A stretch of 64,000 bases of DNA from a virus (lineage: Duplodnaviria; Caudoviricetes). The notes beneath the pieces are model-generated. The model saw only the letters and a program-made list of their open reading frames with translations. It was not told where the DNA came from and made no database searches. Below are positions 45,452 to 53,856 of the stretch, piece after piece. A program made the translations under genes and the position numbers. Every line of letters begins with the position of its first letter. Position 1 is the stretch's first letter. The stretch is from the IMG/VR virus record IMGVR_UViG_3300043493_000130, positions 4,348 through 68,347 of that record; one strand, given 5' to 3'.

Positions 45452-45575
45452 ATCACCTCCCGAGAGGTCGTTGGGGAAAACACCGGGGATAACGCGAATC
45501 AACATTTAGCACAGCGGCCGGCAGCAGCCAGCCGCCCTCTGGGGACAAATATGTGGATAGGCCTCCCTTAGCGCC

Positions 45576-45664
45576 CCCCGCAGGCCGCCACAGGAGGCCA
45601 AGGGCGCGTTCGCCGGGCCGGCGGGCCCCCTTGCCCCCAGGCGCTCGCCGCGCCGCCCAGGCGC
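45576..45664 (+). repeat. ~88-bp direct repeat copy 2
   Basis: See copy 1. Confidence 0.9.
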
Positions 45665-46026
45665 CCTCCCGCGGGGCCCTCCCCCTCCCCCATTCCATAT
45701 CGTTTTTTCGCCCGGAAAAGAGGGCGCGCCCGGGATTCCGGAAAAGCTTGGGGGACGGGATCGACAATTTTCGTAAGCCTTTGTTATTAAAACATAATTC
45801 GCGTGTTGGAGAGTCTCGGCGCCATAATCCCTCTGCGCTTTTCTGCGCGCCCCTGCGCGCTCTTGCGCGCCACTGCGTGGCGAGAATCCCTTGCGGCGCT
45901 TGCCTTCCCCTTGCATTTGTCCCGCGCATAGGATAGCACGTCCGCGCGGGGCGGCGCCGACAAGCGCAGCACAAACCCCGGAAAATTTCCGGGGGCTGTC
46001 CCCGGCCGGCAAAAGGAAAAGAAGCC

Positions 46027-46971
46027 ATGTCTATCCATCTCCTCACAACTCTCGATGTCGAGCGCACCACTTGTGACGGCGGCGGCCTCTACCTCACTGT
46101 CGACCCAAATGGCGGACGCTATTGGGCCTTTAGGTACGTGCTCAACGGGAAGAGAATGGTCATGGGGCTCGGTAACGCTCTCAAAAAGAGCCTTGCCCAA
46201 GCGCGCGAAGAGGCGGCCAAATACCGGGCCATTAAAGCGCTCGGTCGTTGCCCGCTCACGGAACGGCGAGAAAGACAGGCCGCCGCCAAGGCCGCGGCCG
46301 CAGCCGAATCTCCTATCCATCTCCTCACAACTCTCGATGTCGAGCGCACCACTTGTGACGGCGGCGGCCTCTACCTCACTGTCGACCCAAAATGGCGCAC
46401 GCGCTGTTGGGCCTTTAAGTACCGGTTCAACGGGAAACCCCGCACCATGGGGCTCGGCTCCGCTCGCGACGTGACCCTCGCCCAAGCGCGCGAAGAGGCG
46501 GCCAAATACCGGGCCATCAAAGCACTCGGTCGTTGCCCGCTCGCGGAACGGCGAGAAAGACAGGCCCCCGCCAAGGCCGCGGCCGCAGCGCTCACAGCCT
46601 CCCGTAGGTCCACCACAGCCCCTGGCGTATACAGGGACGGCCGCGGCCTCTATCTTTTAGTCCGCCCCAACGGCGGACGCCATTGGCTCTACGAGTACAC
46701 GTTTGACGGAAAAAAACGCACCATGGGGCTCGGCTCCGCTCACGTCGTGACCCTCGCCCAAGCGCGCGAAGAGGCGGCCAAATACCGGGCCATCAAAGCA
46801 CTCGGTCGTTGCCCGCTCACGGAACGGCGAGAAAGACAGGCCGCCGCCAAGGCCGCGAACGCGACCGCAAGGCTCACGCTCGCCCAAGCCAGGGTCAAGA
46901 AATTTGCCGAAATGCTCGCGCTCGCCCAAGCCAGGGCCGAGAAGCTCGCCCAAACCCGCACCCAACCTTAA
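46027..46971 (+). CDS. Protein of three tandem integrase arm-DNA-binding domains, no catalytic domain
   Basis: Three DGxGLYL.V...G..W.F.Y...GK...MGLG....LAQAREEA units; near-identical DNA duplications. Confidence 0.8.
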   Translation: MSIHLLTTLDVERTTCDGGGLYLTVDPNGGRYWAFRYVLNGKRMVMGLGNALKKSLAQAREEAAKYRAIKALGRCPLTERRERQAAAKAAAAAESPIHLLTTLDVERTTCDGGGLYLTVDPKWRTRCWAFKYRFNGKPRTMGLGSARDVTLAQAREEAAKYRAIKALGRCPLAERRERQAPAKAAAAALTASRRSTTAPGVYRDGRGLYLLVRPNGGRHWLYEYTFDGKKRTMGLGSAHVVTLAQAREEAAKYRAIKALGRCPLTERRERQAAAKAANATARLTLAQARVKKFAEMLALAQARAEKLAQTRTQP

Positions 46972-46992
46972 AAACTCAAAGGAAAAGAAGCT

Positions 46993-48264
46993 ATGGCATA
47001 CCCCCTCCACAAGCTCTCGGCCCTCGACGTCAAGCGCGCTACCGCTCCCGGCAATTACCGGGACGGCGGCGGCCTCTTCCTCCAAGTCCGGCCGAACGGT
47101 GGACGATATTGGCTCTTCGAATACATGCTCGACGGGAAGTCCCATGTAATGGGGCTCGGCTCCGCTCGCGACGTGACCCTCGCCGACGCGCGCAAAAAGG
47201 CCGGCGTATTCCGGAACATGAAAGCGAACGGAGCCTGCCCGCTCACCGAAAAGAAGGAAAAAAAGAAGGCCGAAAAGGCCGCGGACACGGCCGCAAAAAT
47301 CACCTTTGGGATTTGCGCCGAGGATTGGCTTAAGCGCAACACCATCAGCACTGCCGAACAGACCAAGCAGAACCGCGAGTCCGAACTACGGCGCTATGCC
47401 CGTGCCCTCTACGACATGCCGGTTAGCAAGATCGAGCCCGAGCACGTCGCTGACTTATTCCGCGGCGAGGACGGCGACTTTGAGGACGGCCTTTGGGTCA
47501 CCAACCACATGATCGCAAAACGAGTTCTGAATCAGGTCCTCAGAGTGTTCAAGGACGCCATCCTCCGGCGCAAGCGGCCCCGGCCGAACCCTGCCGATGA
47601 CATCAAAGAACTCCTCCCCAAGGTCGTGTACAAAACCAAGCATCGAGCGGCGGTGCCATTCAAAGACTTGGCGGCCTTCATCGCTCGGCTGCGCGCCTTT
47701 GATCGCATCGAGGCGCGCGCGCTTGAGTTCGTCATCCTGACCGCGGCGCGGGTTAATACCGTCGCGCTCATGACATGGGGCGAGATTGATGGCTCAGTAT
47801 GGACGGCACCCGCCGAGCACATGAAGGGGAGCAAAGATAAGCGCGCCGAGCACCGCTGCCCGCTCTCAGACCGCGCGCTCGAAATCCTCCGCGGCTTGCC
47901 GCGCGGCAAGCCGGGCGACCTAGTCTTCCTCCCCCGTCTTGCCCACCCGAGGTCGCGAGGGAAAGGGCACATCAAGCTGGGGCGGAGCATTCACGACTTT
48001 TTGCGCGGGCCCATGGGCGAGAAGGTGGTCACGATCCACGGCTTCCGCGCTTCCTTTAGCCAATGGTGTGACGACGTCGATGTCTCGCCCGCGGTCTCCG
48101 AGCAAGCGCTGGCGCACGTCTTCGGCAATCGAGTATCGCAAGCGTACAAGGAGGGCAGCGAAAAGCGCTTCAAGCAGCGGATCCCCGTCATGCAGGCGTG
48201 GGCGGACTATTGCACCGGCAAGGTTGGCGGCGACAACGTCGTCCAGTTCGCGGCAGCGAAGTAG
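46993..48264 (+). CDS. int: Tyrosine integrase, P4-like with arm-binding domain
   Basis: Arm domain; TAARVN (R), HMKG (K), TIHGFRAS (HxxR), LAH, AY catalytic residues. Confidence 0.95.
   Translation: MAYPLHKLSALDVKRATAPGNYRDGGGLFLQVRPNGGRYWLFEYMLDGKSHVMGLGSARDVTLADARKKAGVFRNMKANGACPLTEKKEKKKAEKAADTAAKITFGICAEDWLKRNTISTAEQTKQNRESELRRYARALYDMPVSKIEPEHVADLFRGEDGDFEDGLWVTNHMIAKRVLNQVLRVFKDAILRRKRPRPNPADDIKELLPKVVYKTKHRAAVPFKDLAAFIARLRAFDRIEARALEFVILTAARVNTVALMTWGEIDGSVWTAPAEHMKGSKDKRAEHRCPLSDRALEILRGLPRGKPGDLVFLPRLAHPRSRGKGHIKLGRSIHDFLRGPMGEKVVTIHGFRASFSQWCDDVDVSPAVSEQALAHVFGNRVSQAYKEGSEKRFKQRIPVMQAWADYCTGKVGGDNVVQFAAAK
48190..48258 (+). repeat. 3' end of int, duplicated at 48524-48592
   Basis: atgcaggc.tgggcggactattgc.ccggcaaggt.ggcggcgacaacgtcgtccagttc.cggc.gcg. 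Confidence 0.92.
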
Positions 48265-48278
48265 GGAGAGGGGGAGTG

Positions 48279-48518
48279 ATGACCACCTATGACCTTGACA
48301 GTGTCGAATTAAGAGAACGGCTGATCCGCATAGACCAGATGTTGGCCGACATAGATCGCACGCGGGCGGATCACCTCCGCACGATTGCGGACCATGACCG
48401 CAAGCGCCAGGAAATACGCTTTGCCCCGTGGCAACTTGTATTTACCGGCATAGGTGCGGGCGTGGCGTTGCTCACCGTCGCATTGATCCTGCTTAAGGCG
48501 GTGGGGATACCCGGTTAG
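48279..48518 (+). CDS. Small coiled-coil + TM protein (DHDRKRQE family)
   Basis: LRERLIRIDQMLAD...DHDRKRQEIRFAPWQ + TM. Confidence 0.75.
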   Translation: MTTYDLDSVELRERLIRIDQMLADIDRTRADHLRTIADHDRKRQEIRFAPWQLVFTGIGAGVALLTVALILLKAVGIPG

Positions 48519-48523
48519 CAGAC

Positions 48524-48592
48524 ATGCAGGCCTGGGCGGACTATTGCGCCGGCAAGGTGGGCGGCGACAACGTCGTCCAGTTCTCGGCGGCG
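48524..48592 (+). repeat. Duplicate of the int 3' end
   Basis: See 48190-48258. Confidence 0.92.
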
Positions 48593-48603
48593 GGAGGAAT
48601 GTG

Positions 48604-48804
48604 ATGGCCGTAATGATGGCTAAACTATACGCCGCGCTGAAAGAAGCCGGCGCCAGTGAAGACAATGCTATCAAAGCCGCTGAAGAGGCGGCCGGTTACG
48701 AGAACCGGCTCGCGAAAATCGAGAGCGATCTGCTTGTGATGAAGTGGATGCTCGGCGGCATTGGCAGCGGCGTTCTCACCCTCGTTATCAAAGCATTCAT
48801 CTAA
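48604..48804 (+). CDS. Small coiled-coil + TM protein (CCDC90/DUF1640-like)
   Basis: LYAALKEAGASED.A..AAE...RLAKIESDL..MKWM. Confidence 0.75.
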   Translation: MAVMMAKLYAALKEAGASEDNAIKAAEEAAGYENRLAKIESDLLVMKWMLGGIGSGVLTLVIKAFI

Positions 48805-48823
48805 GCGGGGAAAAGGAATCACC

Positions 48824-49162
48824 ATGACTGATTTAACCCTAGAGGCCCTGCAAACCGCTCTTGCGCCAATCCATGAGCAGCTTGCAAAGTTGACCGAGAG
48901 AAGTACGGCCCTCAACGAGGACGTTGCCGCCCTCAAAGTTCAAACAACGTCCATTCCTTTGATTTGGGCGGCGGTTAGCGCCATCCAAGAACAGGTCCGC
49001 CATATAGCGCCGATCCGCGCGGCGCTGAAAGATTTGGCCCTCACGCGGGTGTCCCTCGGCGAGGTTGAAACCGTCGCCGAGGACCTCGAACATCTCACCG
49101 CGCGGCAATCCGAACTTGAGGCGCGCGTTAGGGCGCTCGAAACCGGAAAAGAAGCACCATGA
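48824..49162 (+). CDS. Coiled-coil protein
   Basis: Heptad pattern ending ELEARVRALE. Confidence 0.65.
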   Translation: MTDLTLEALQTALAPIHEQLAKLTERSTALNEDVAALKVQTTSIPLIWAAVSAIQEQVRHIAPIRAALKDLALTRVSLGEVETVAEDLEHLTARQSELEARVRALETGKEAP

Positions 49163-49380
49163 CCGACCTAGATTTACGCGAGCAGATTGCCCGCATCGAC
49201 CGCGAGCAAGCCCACCTTGCGCAATTGCAAGCCGACCGGGACCGCAAGCGGCAGGAAATGGCCCTCGCCCCTTGGCAACTGATCCTGGCGGGCGTCACCG
49301 CCGGGGCCGGACTGATGGCGGCCGGCGCCGGCCTCTTCGCCGCGGGCGGCGTGTATTTGAAATTCATGGGGGGGCTTTGA
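49159..49380 (+). CDS. Small coiled-coil + TM protein (DRDRKRQE family)
   Basis: LREQIARID...DRDRKRQEMALAPWQ + TM. Confidence 0.75.
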   Translation: MTDLDLREQIARIDREQAHLAQLQADRDRKRQEMALAPWQLILAGVTAGAGLMAAGAGLFAAGGVYLKFMGGL

Positions 49381-49381
49381 C

Positions 49382-49579
49382 ATGACGCTGGAAACCCTGC
49401 ATGCGGACTTGATCGCGCTACGCCACGATATGATTCGCTTGGAGTCTAAGATCGATTCCAAGCCTTCCCTTATGGCAATGTTTACCGGCATCGTTGTGGT
49501 GGTATTCGGCATGGCTGGCGTCATCGCCAGCACGATTGCGGCGCTGAATGCGCTAGGGTTTATCAAAGCTATCTCTTGA
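49382..49579 (+). CDS. Small coiled-coil + TM protein
   Basis: RLESKIDSKPS + long hydrophobic segment. Confidence 0.7.
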   Translation: MTLETLHADLIALRHDMIRLESKIDSKPSLMAMFTGIVVVVFGMAGVIASTIAALNALGFIKAIS

Positions 49580-49604
49580 CAAAGCCAATCGTGAGCGCCG
49601 CCCC

Positions 49605-50495
49605 TCAGCTTGCTAGCGCCCGCCGGGCGCTCTCCACTAGCCGCGGAATATCATTGAAGCGCTCGGCCCAGCGGACGTCGCGAGCCGCGCTCGTGCTCTC
49701 CATCAGCGCGCGCAGCATGTTGACCACGGCACCGGGCGAGGTGCCGGCCACGACCAGCTTGGCGGCGAGGTCGCGCAGCGAGTCGTGTAGCGCGCGGCCG
49801 GCGTGGATATTGTCGAGCAAGACCTTCCAATCCGCGGAGCGGTCGAGCGGCTCGGCACCGGCGCCGTCGCGCATGCGCCGGGCGCTCCGGGTATAGCGCC
49901 ATTCCTTTTCTAGCAATTGCGCGAGGCGCTCGACGAGCGCGCCGGCCTCGCCCGCGGAAATCGCGGGGAGCTCCGCGAGCTTGACCTGTCCGGGCTCGCC
50001 GCCGTGCCAGCGATAGGGGCGCTTTGTCTCGGGATGAATTCCGTCAACGGCAACCTGCTGGCCGTCGCCGAGGAATTCAATTTTTTCAGACCCGCCGCTC
50101 GGCGCCGCGAGGTTAGCGACGATCTTGGCGAACGGCGCCTCGGTGCGGAATGGGATTGCGCGCTTCGGCGGCTTGCCAATGCGCACGAGCACGCGGCCGC
50201 GCGCCTCGAATTGCTCGCGCACGAGGTCTTCAAGCTCGCAGGCCGCCAGCTCGTTGAGAATGTCGAGGTCGAGCGTCGGCATCAGCCGCGTCAAGCACCC
50301 GGTGTTGAGCGCGTCCGGCCACATGCGGACCGCCATACGGACCTGGTCGGGCGTGCCGCCCGCCTGCTGCCAACCGGCGAAGCCCTTGCGCGAATTGTTG
50401 CGCCCGAACACAGGCGGCTCCTTGCCGAAGAGCGGGATCGGGACGAAGCCCGCGGCCAGGAGCGCGAGCCGACGCGCGAGCAGCTCGGCCGTCAT
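49605..50495 (-). CDS. Bifunctional primase/polymerase (Prim-Pol) N-terminal-type protein
   Basis: GFVPIPL.GK.P; NTG.LT...TLDLD; G...KRAIPF; EFLGDGQQVAV.GIHP.T..PY.W. Confidence 0.85.
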   Translation of the reverse strand: MTAELLARRLALLAAGFVPIPLFGKEPPVFGRNNSRKGFAGWQQAGGTPDQVRMAVRMWPDALNTGCLTRLMPTLDLDILNELAACELEDLVREQFEARGRVLVRIGKPPKRAIPFRTEAPFAKIVANLAAPSGGSEKIEFLGDGQQVAVDGIHPETKRPYRWHGGEPGQVKLAELPAISAGEAGALVERLAQLLEKEWRYTRSARRMRDGAGAEPLDRSADWKVLLDNIHAGRALHDSLRDLAAKLVVAGTSPGAVVNMLRALMESTSAARDVRWAERFNDIPRLVESARRALAS

Positions 50496-50722
50496 TTTTG
50501 ATGGGTCGTTCGTTCGATCCAATCGTCGATGTCTTCTTCGCGCCAGCGGCCTAGCTTCGGGCTGCCCCAGAGATAGTGGCCGCGGGGAAAGGTTCCGGCG
50601 GCGATGTAGCGGTTCAGCGTCGCCCGATGAATCCCGAGTTTTTTGGCAACCTCTTCGACCCGCAGCATTCTGCCGTGGATATTGTCCGGCGGAATTTGCG
50701 TCGGAATTTGCTTTTTACTCAT
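50492..50722 (-). CDS. AlpA/excisionase-like HTH protein
   Basis: MLRVEEVAKKLGIHRATLNRYIAAGTFP...RWREEDIDDWI. Confidence 0.85.
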   Translation of the reverse strand: MSKKQIPTQIPPDNIHGRMLRVEEVAKKLGIHRATLNRYIAAGTFPRGHYLWGSPKLGRWREEDIDDWIERTTHQK

Positions 50723-51137
50723 GGTCGCCTTCGTCGGGCTCGCGCGGGACGACTTGGCCGCCGATGGCGGCCGGCTGCTCGGCAATTGTCGCGGCGACCT
50801 TGAGCACCGACTCGCGGTGCCGCTGCATCGCACTGGCGGCCTCTTGGCAGCAGGAGACATAACTCGCCATGCGCGCCGCCAAATTGCTCGCGTGGTGCCG
50901 GACCTCGGACGAGAATGTCTCGGTCTCCTCGCGCAGCATCTGCAAGATGCCCTCGGCCGCGGTGAGCGCCGCCATCGCGTTGGCGATCATCATCTCGGCG
51001 CTCGTGCGTATAACTTCGTCGCTGCCCGCGGGCGCCGCGTGCTCCTGCGTTGCGCCGCGGCGCCCGTAGGTGTCGATGACTTCGACGGCGGTGAGTTTTG
51101 GCGGCGCGCCGTTAAGCCGTTCGCTGAGTATTGTCAT
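50715..51137 (-). CDS. Hypothetical coiled-coil protein
   Basis: MTILSERLNG...; overlaps neighbours. Confidence 0.6.
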   Translation of the reverse strand: MTILSERLNGAPPKLTAVEVIDTYGRRGATQEHAAPAGSDEVIRTSAEMMIANAMAALTAAEGILQMLREETETFSSEVRHHASNLAARMASYVSCCQEAASAMQRHRESVLKVAATIAEQPAAIGGQVVPREPDEGDHE

Positions 51138-51745
51138 CTGCTGCCTCCACGCTGGCTTTTTTCTGAGAATTGAAACACGCCCCACGCCGCCAGCAAGGTC
51201 GCGAGGCATGCACCGCTAATGATGAATAGCCAGGGGATTGCCCGCGGCGGCGTGTATTGAATGGTCCGCACCGGGCGCGCGTCCTCGGCACCAAGCGCGG
51301 AAAATTCGTCCGTCCAGGCGAAGCGCTGTTGATCTTTTGCGCCAAAATTCGGGATCTGTTGTTCGGCGTATAAAGGCAAGGCGGCGGGGGCGAGCGTAAT
51401 TCGGCGGCTGGTCTCTCCCCCGTCGCCCTTGGCGCTGCTGTTGGGCCGCGGGTGCGATTCCCAATGCAGCTCCGACTTTTCGAGCTTCCGGCGGCCCGGA
51501 AACCAGCACCTCCTTTCGGAAATCTGGCGCCACTGCCAGTAGGCTCCATCCTTGAGGGGCACCGCCCGGCACTCGAGCGCGCCCGCGGCGCTGATGGAGA
51601 GCACGATCGTGAGCACGATCACGACCAAATAGGTGAGCCCGGCAGCGAGAGGGCGGCCGGGCTCGGCGGCTGGACGCAAAACATTGCGGCCGCATTCGCG
51701 GGGGATGTGTATTTGTTTGGCGCACACGACGAGTTCAATCCGCAT
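51134..51745 (-). CDS. Membrane protein with periplasmic C...YWQWR....CW motif
   Basis: Two hydrophobic segments around ECR...GAYWQWRQISERRCWF. Confidence 0.55.
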   Translation of the reverse strand: MRIELVVCAKQIHIPRECGRNVLRPAAEPGRPLAAGLTYLVVIVLTIVLSISAAGALECRAVPLKDGAYWQWRQISERRCWFPGRRKLEKSELHWESHPRPNSSAKGDGGETSRRITLAPAALPLYAEQQIPNFGAKDQQRFAWTDEFSALGAEDARPVRTIQYTPPRAIPWLFIISGACLATLLAAWGVFQFSEKSQRGGSR

Positions 51746-52310
51746 TGATGTGAGAGGGCATTGGTGCGTTGACGTCCGACCACGACCGCCATCCGGCGGC
51801 CGTGAGTTCGGTGGAATAGACTTCGCCGCGCGGCTTGATCGCGCGCCATGCTTGGTCACAGAAGACCCGGTAATGGAGCATGTCGCACGCCGCGCCCTCC
51901 GGAGACTTGGGAGTTTCGATCCACGCGAGGCGCGCGTCGGGGAAAAACAGTTTGTCGCCCCATTGCCGCGCGAGCGAATGGTCATAAGGCGCGGAGGCGA
52001 TATCTAAGCCAAGCGTCTGCAGCGCGTGCACGCTCATCAAGCGCCGCGCCGGCCAAAGAAGCTGCGGCGCGCGGAACGAAAGGCTCAAATGCAGGCACCG
52101 CTCGTAGTCGGGATTTTTGAACCAACCACCGGAGTGGTGGCCGACGTCGCGTGTGAAGAAGATGACGGTGCCGGTCTGTCCGTGAAAGTGGCAGCAGGCG
52201 GCGAAGTAGGCGCTCGAGCGCGGAGAATTGAGGAGGCCGTCAAACACGCCGCGCGCCGCGCGCTGCCGGATGAAGCCGATCATGTTTTCGGGGATTTCGA
52301 GCATCGTCAT
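51735..52310 (-). CDS. Hypothetical protein
   Basis: RD.GHH..GWFKNPDYERC.HLS.S motif. Confidence 0.7.
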   Translation of the reverse strand: MTMLEIPENMIGFIRQRAARGVFDGLLNSPRSSAYFAACCHFHGQTGTVIFFTRDVGHHSGGWFKNPDYERCLHLSLSFRAPQLLWPARRLMSVHALQTLGLDIASAPYDHSLARQWGDKLFFPDARLAWIETPKSPEGAACDMLHYRVFCDQAWRAIKPRGEVYSTELTAAGWRSWSDVNAPMPSHINAD

Positions 52311-53314
52311 GTGGCTCCGTTCTCGCTTGGCATGGCGTCGAGGTCCGCCCGATGCTTATCGAGGGCGGCTTGAAGATGTTTGGACATTTTGGGCGCGGCG
52401 GCTTTCATCTCGGCAAGCGCACCATCATTCTGCGTAAGCCACTGGTCGATCTCGGCGGCGGTGCGCGCCGAGCGCGCGGCGGCGATGAAGCTTTGGCCCC
52501 AGGCGCGCCAGTCGATTTGCCCGTCGGCGAGGTAGGCGAGCGGGAGCGCGTTCGGCGGCTCCGGTTCCGCGGCGGTGATCTCGCCGGTGTCCGGGTCGAC
52601 GGTCTCCGCGGGTGGTGCCGGGGCTGGCGGCGCTGGCGGCGTCCACTTTGGCTCAGGCGGTTCGGGGCGCGTTTCGACCATCTGACCGGCCATCTCCTCG
52701 GCGGTTAAAGCCCCCTCTTCTGGGAATGCGGCGCGGAGCGCGAAAGCTTTCGCGACCTTGGCGAGCTGGCCGCGCGGCCGCTTTAACCACTGCGCGTTTG
52801 GGAGCTCCGTGCCGCCCTGGCGGCCATACGCTTCGAGCCAGTAGACCTCTTCCGCGAAAGCGCGCGGCGCGCCGTCAACAATTTTGTAGACAGTGATCGA
52901 ACACCATTCCGGGAATTCGACCTTTTGCTCGACCTTGACCCAGCTGTCTTTTCTCTTGACCTCGCCGCGGAAGGTGCGCGTGTCCGTCGGGCCCCAGACG
53001 GGGCGGTCCATGCCGGCCCAAAGGCCGGTCCGTGCGGCCGTGATCTCGACCTCGGCTATCGAGGGCCAGATCGTTTCCACATTGCGGCCGAGCTCCGAGT
53101 TCCAGACCGGGACGATATTGACCGGACGTTTTAAGACGTCGAGGCCGCGCGCGCGGCAGTAGTCGAGGGCAAGAAGAATTGACCCGGCGCTGCGCGCCAT
53201 GGGGAAGATCGCTTCAGTGAGGACGCGCCAGCGGCCGGCGTCGAGGTCGGCGACGCCCGCGGGCATCGGAAGCCGGAATTCCGGCGCGGCGGTGGCGAGG
53301 GCGGTGGTGGTCAT
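52307..53314 (-). CDS. bet: Phage single-strand annealing protein, Bet/RecT family
   Basis: LDYCRARGLD.LKR.V.IV; RITAART-like; W.KRPRGQL.K.A.A.ALR.AFP. Confidence 0.88.
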   Translation of the reverse strand: MTTTALATAAPEFRLPMPAGVADLDAGRWRVLTEAIFPMARSAGSILLALDYCRARGLDVLKRPVNIVPVWNSELGRNVETIWPSIAEVEITAARTGLWAGMDRPVWGPTDTRTFRGEVKRKDSWVKVEQKVEFPEWCSITVYKIVDGAPRAFAEEVYWLEAYGRQGGTELPNAQWLKRPRGQLAKVAKAFALRAAFPEEGALTAEEMAGQMVETRPEPPEPKWTPPAPPAPAPPAETVDPDTGEITAAEPEPPNALPLAYLADGQIDWRAWGQSFIAAARSARTAAEIDQWLTQNDGALAEMKAAAPKMSKHLQAALDKHRADLDAMPSENGAT

Positions 53315-53316
53315 TG

Positions 53317-53856
53317 TTAGTTGCGTCTTTCGTAGAGTTTGCGCACCTCGGCTTCTTGCAACACCGTGCCGACAATCTCGCCGGGCTTCAGCTTGTCCGC
53401 GATCCGCGCCAGCCAAGGCGACATCTTAGTGCTCATCCGCCTGCATTCGCGCCCGGTGCAGTCACGCAGCGCCTTTCCGTTCGGGAGCACCAAGTCGAGC
53501 AGGATTTGCTGTGCCGTTGCGGCCGCCGCTTGTACGGCGCCCTCCTTGATGCGTTCCGCCCGCTGTTGCGCGGCTCGCCGGGAAGCCTCAATCCGATTCG
53601 CCCGCGACGGAGCGCCCGGGATCGGAAAGTAGTCCAACAGACTGCGATAGTTGTTGGTGAACGCGTGCTCAATGGCCTCCTCCAGAATTTCCTCATCGTT
53701 CAGTGCCTGCTGGCGGAAGTCCGCGCGGATGGTCTTGCGATCCTCCGGCGAGTGCGGGTTTGCCACCCCCTTCATCAGTTCCATCAGCGCTGTACGCAAA
53801 GGCGAACGGTCGCTTTGCTTGGTGGCACCGTATGCGCGGTCTACTTCAAACGTCAT
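53317..53856 (-). CDS. Hypothetical protein
   Basis: LLDLVLPNGKALRDCTG motif. Confidence 0.65.
   Translation of the reverse strand: MTFEVDRAYGATKQSDRSPLRTALMELMKGVANPHSPEDRKTIRADFRQQALNDEEILEEAIEHAFTNNYRSLLDYFPIPGAPSRANRIEASRRAAQQRAERIKEGAVQAAAATAQQILLDLVLPNGKALRDCTGRECRRMSTKMSPWLARIADKLKPGEIVGTVLQEAEVRKLYERRN

Noticed and set aside
45751-45770. TCGATCCCGTCCCC on the minus strand resembling a tRNA 3' end / attP core
   Set aside because: Lacks the GTTC T-loop and a CCA-ending acceptor stem; too weak to call.
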